The notes under the pieces are model-generated. The model was not told where the DNA came from. It saw only the letters and a program-made list of their open reading frames with translations, and ran no database searches. This document shows, piece after piece, positions 62,352 to 64,000 of a stretch of DNA of 64,000 nt. This DNA comes from Craspedostauros australis (Eukaryota): positions 1-64,000 of the forward strand of contig JALAGF010004023.1 in NCBI GenBank assembly GCA_030167865.1. Reading direction: 5' to 3'. The stretch's first letter is position 1. Every line of letters starts with the position of its first letter. The translations under genes were made by a program, and so were the position numbers.

Positions 62352-63112
62352 GTTGATGTTGTTGGTAGTGATTGCTGTCCTGCGGTCCAAAACCCTCTGA
62401 TTGAGTAGAGTATGGTGCGTGTGGTGCGTATGGCGCTGACTGTGGCTCGTTGAGAAAGTCGTCGACAGATGTCACAAAGCCACCAAGACGGCTCTGCTCT
62501 GCTCTGCTCGATTCGGCTATTCTCGACGTTGCTATGTGTCCTGAGATTGGAACGGACTGATGCTTGTTGCAAGTTGAATGCGTCCCTTCTTCTTCTGCTC
62601 TCTCCTTCTCCTTCTCCTTGTTGGTTTGTGAACAATGACGATGGAGCAGGTTGAGAAACATGGTGCGAGTTGGCGCAATGGCGCAAAAACGTAGCATTCT
62701 TCTTCATGAACGGTCTTTGTTGTGTCACGCAAATCCAACGCTTGAAGTTCCAGTCCCATTTCATTCGTGTATGAAACCACAACATCGTCCTCCGGTCCCG
62801 CTTTCGGAAGCGGCTCCATGTCACGAGTAGTCGTAGTTGTCCGTCTGGAACTAGGCACCATTTAATAGCTCGTGCTAACGTCCTTTCCGTAGTCGCAGAC
62901 AGGAGCATGTCCACATGTTATAAATACATAACTCGTCCTCGCACAGGATTAGACTACGAGGAGGAAGACGCAGTTACCATCAGGAATTCTCCCACTTGGC
63001 TCTCTTTAGTGTACCAGTATGATGACATGTATTTATATGTTTTTCTAACGCAGTGACGATGTAGTAGAGCAGAGCGGAATGTGTTGGCCGCGAGCGCTGC
63101 CTGCCTGCGTGC

Positions 63113-64000
63113 CTACGCATCCATGACCTTGTCGTCGTCTCCATCTTCCTTGTCACCCCCATCCTCGCTGGTGCGGTCCTTGCCATTGGTGGTAACCACG
63201 TCCTTGGTCTGTTCATCCTCGGTCTCCTCCCTCATGTTTGGCATATCGGTGATCGCGCCCTGACTGTGGCGATGCCCATCTCCGTGATGGTCGCAGTGCT
63301 CCTCCTCGTTGCTGTCTGGGATTCGAATCTCGCCGGGATGTTCCACCTGGTTGCAAGCCAGAACGTGCTCCAGCTGCTCCTCGAGTCTCTCGACCCAGTG
63401 CTCGGCCTCCGAATCCTTCAAAAGACCAATGTGCAAGATCTTGCCAACGTACATGATTCCAGAGTTGAGCAAGATCATGCAGAGCTTGTGAGATGAGATC
63501 AGCTCGACCTCACGCGGGTCGCATTCTTTCAGGATCTCTGCGGCCTTAGCCATCTGAGTGCTGCTTTCCTCCAGGACGACCTTGCCCGCCTCGGAGAATT
63601 CCGTTTGGCTGTTGCCGAACTCCTTCAGGAAGTACTTCTGCGCAAACTTATGCGCTGCCATGAAGGCCAAAGAGCGTTCGATCTTGAGCCTCTTCGCGCC
63701 AGTCTTGGCGTCGGCGGCCACACGCTTCGTCTTGTGCGACTTGCCGAGGCAACCCAGCAAGAAATCGCTATTTGCGAAGCGTGACACCAGCTTGGTGTAC
63801 GGATCATCGATGATGATGACGTGCTCCCAGTCGTTGATGGGAAGGCCCTTGTCCACTTCGTCCGCGGCGAAATCCAGACTCTGTTCGAACATGACGGCAA
63901 GGAACTTGCGATCCTCCAGCTCACCATCTCGGATTTGGGTCGCGTAAGCAGCGCGCAGGATGGAGATGAAGAGGACGCGAAGCTCTTTGGCTGACAGCGG
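63113..64000 (-). CDS. 3' part of a gene running off the window; resembles the cytosolic region of SOS1/SLC9C-like Na+/H+ antiporters
   Basis: Open frame to the window edge: ELRVLFISILRAAYATQIRDGEL...QSLDFAAD...PINDW...AFMAAHKFAQ...VLEES. The transmembrane domain is not in the window. Confidence 0.55.
   Translation of the reverse strand, partial: PLSAKELRVLFISILRAAYATQIRDGELEDRKFLAVMFEQSLDFAADEVDKGLPINDWEHVIIIDDPYTKLVSRFANSDFLLGCLGKSHKTKRVAADAKTGAKRLKIERSLAFMAAHKFAQKYFLKEFGNSQTEFSEAGKVVLEESSTQMAKAAEILKECDPREVELISSHKLCMILLNSGIMYVGKILHIGLLKDSEAEHWVERLEEQLEHVLACNQVEHPGEIRIPDSNEEEHCDHHGDGHRHSQGAITDMPNMREETEDEQTKDVVTTNGKDRTSEDGGDKEDGDDDKVMDA

Noticed and set aside
1-64000. tRNA, rRNA, CRISPR arrays, telomeric repeats, intact mobile elements
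   Set aside because: None recognised by eye; tRNAscan-SE, Infernal and RepeatModeler would be needed to exclude them formally.

Overview
Eukaryotic, intron-containing nuclear DNA, most likely from a diatom (stramenopile alga). The evidence is ASAF/AF-type bipartite plastid targeting peptides, a fucoxanthin-chlorophyll antenna gene, a nucleus-encoded plastid sigma factor and a probable PyShell pyrenoid-shell gene. About 24 protein-coding genes and one decayed ankyrin locus could be reconstructed by hand from GT-AG splice sites and frame continuity. In order: PLAC8 protein, ankyrin pseudogene, GDP-fucose transporter, PAM2/ERD15-like protein, LHC/FCP, CNOT2, mitochondrial SHMT, TPR+Aha1_N fusion, RETSAT/CRTISO-like oxidoreductase, plastid TPT, Kelch-BTB protein, small plastid membrane protein, phosphate-carrier-like MCF protein with a long N-extension, three tandem orphan paralogs, Zn-finger/coiled-coil/degenerate-Nudix/CaaX protein, spastin-like AAA ATPase, MAPKK, Elongin C, LRR protein, sigma-70 factor, PyShell-like protein, a hypothetical repeat protein and a partial SOS1-like antiporter. 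No tRNA, rRNA, CRISPR array or intact transposon was recognised. The best leads are the orphan three-gene array (a near-identical core whose differences all change the amino acid), the PyShell-like gene, the ERD15-like PAM2 protein, the carrier with plastid- and Tat-like signals, and a CpG-depleted pseudogene. All family assignments come from recalled motifs; no database search was run.
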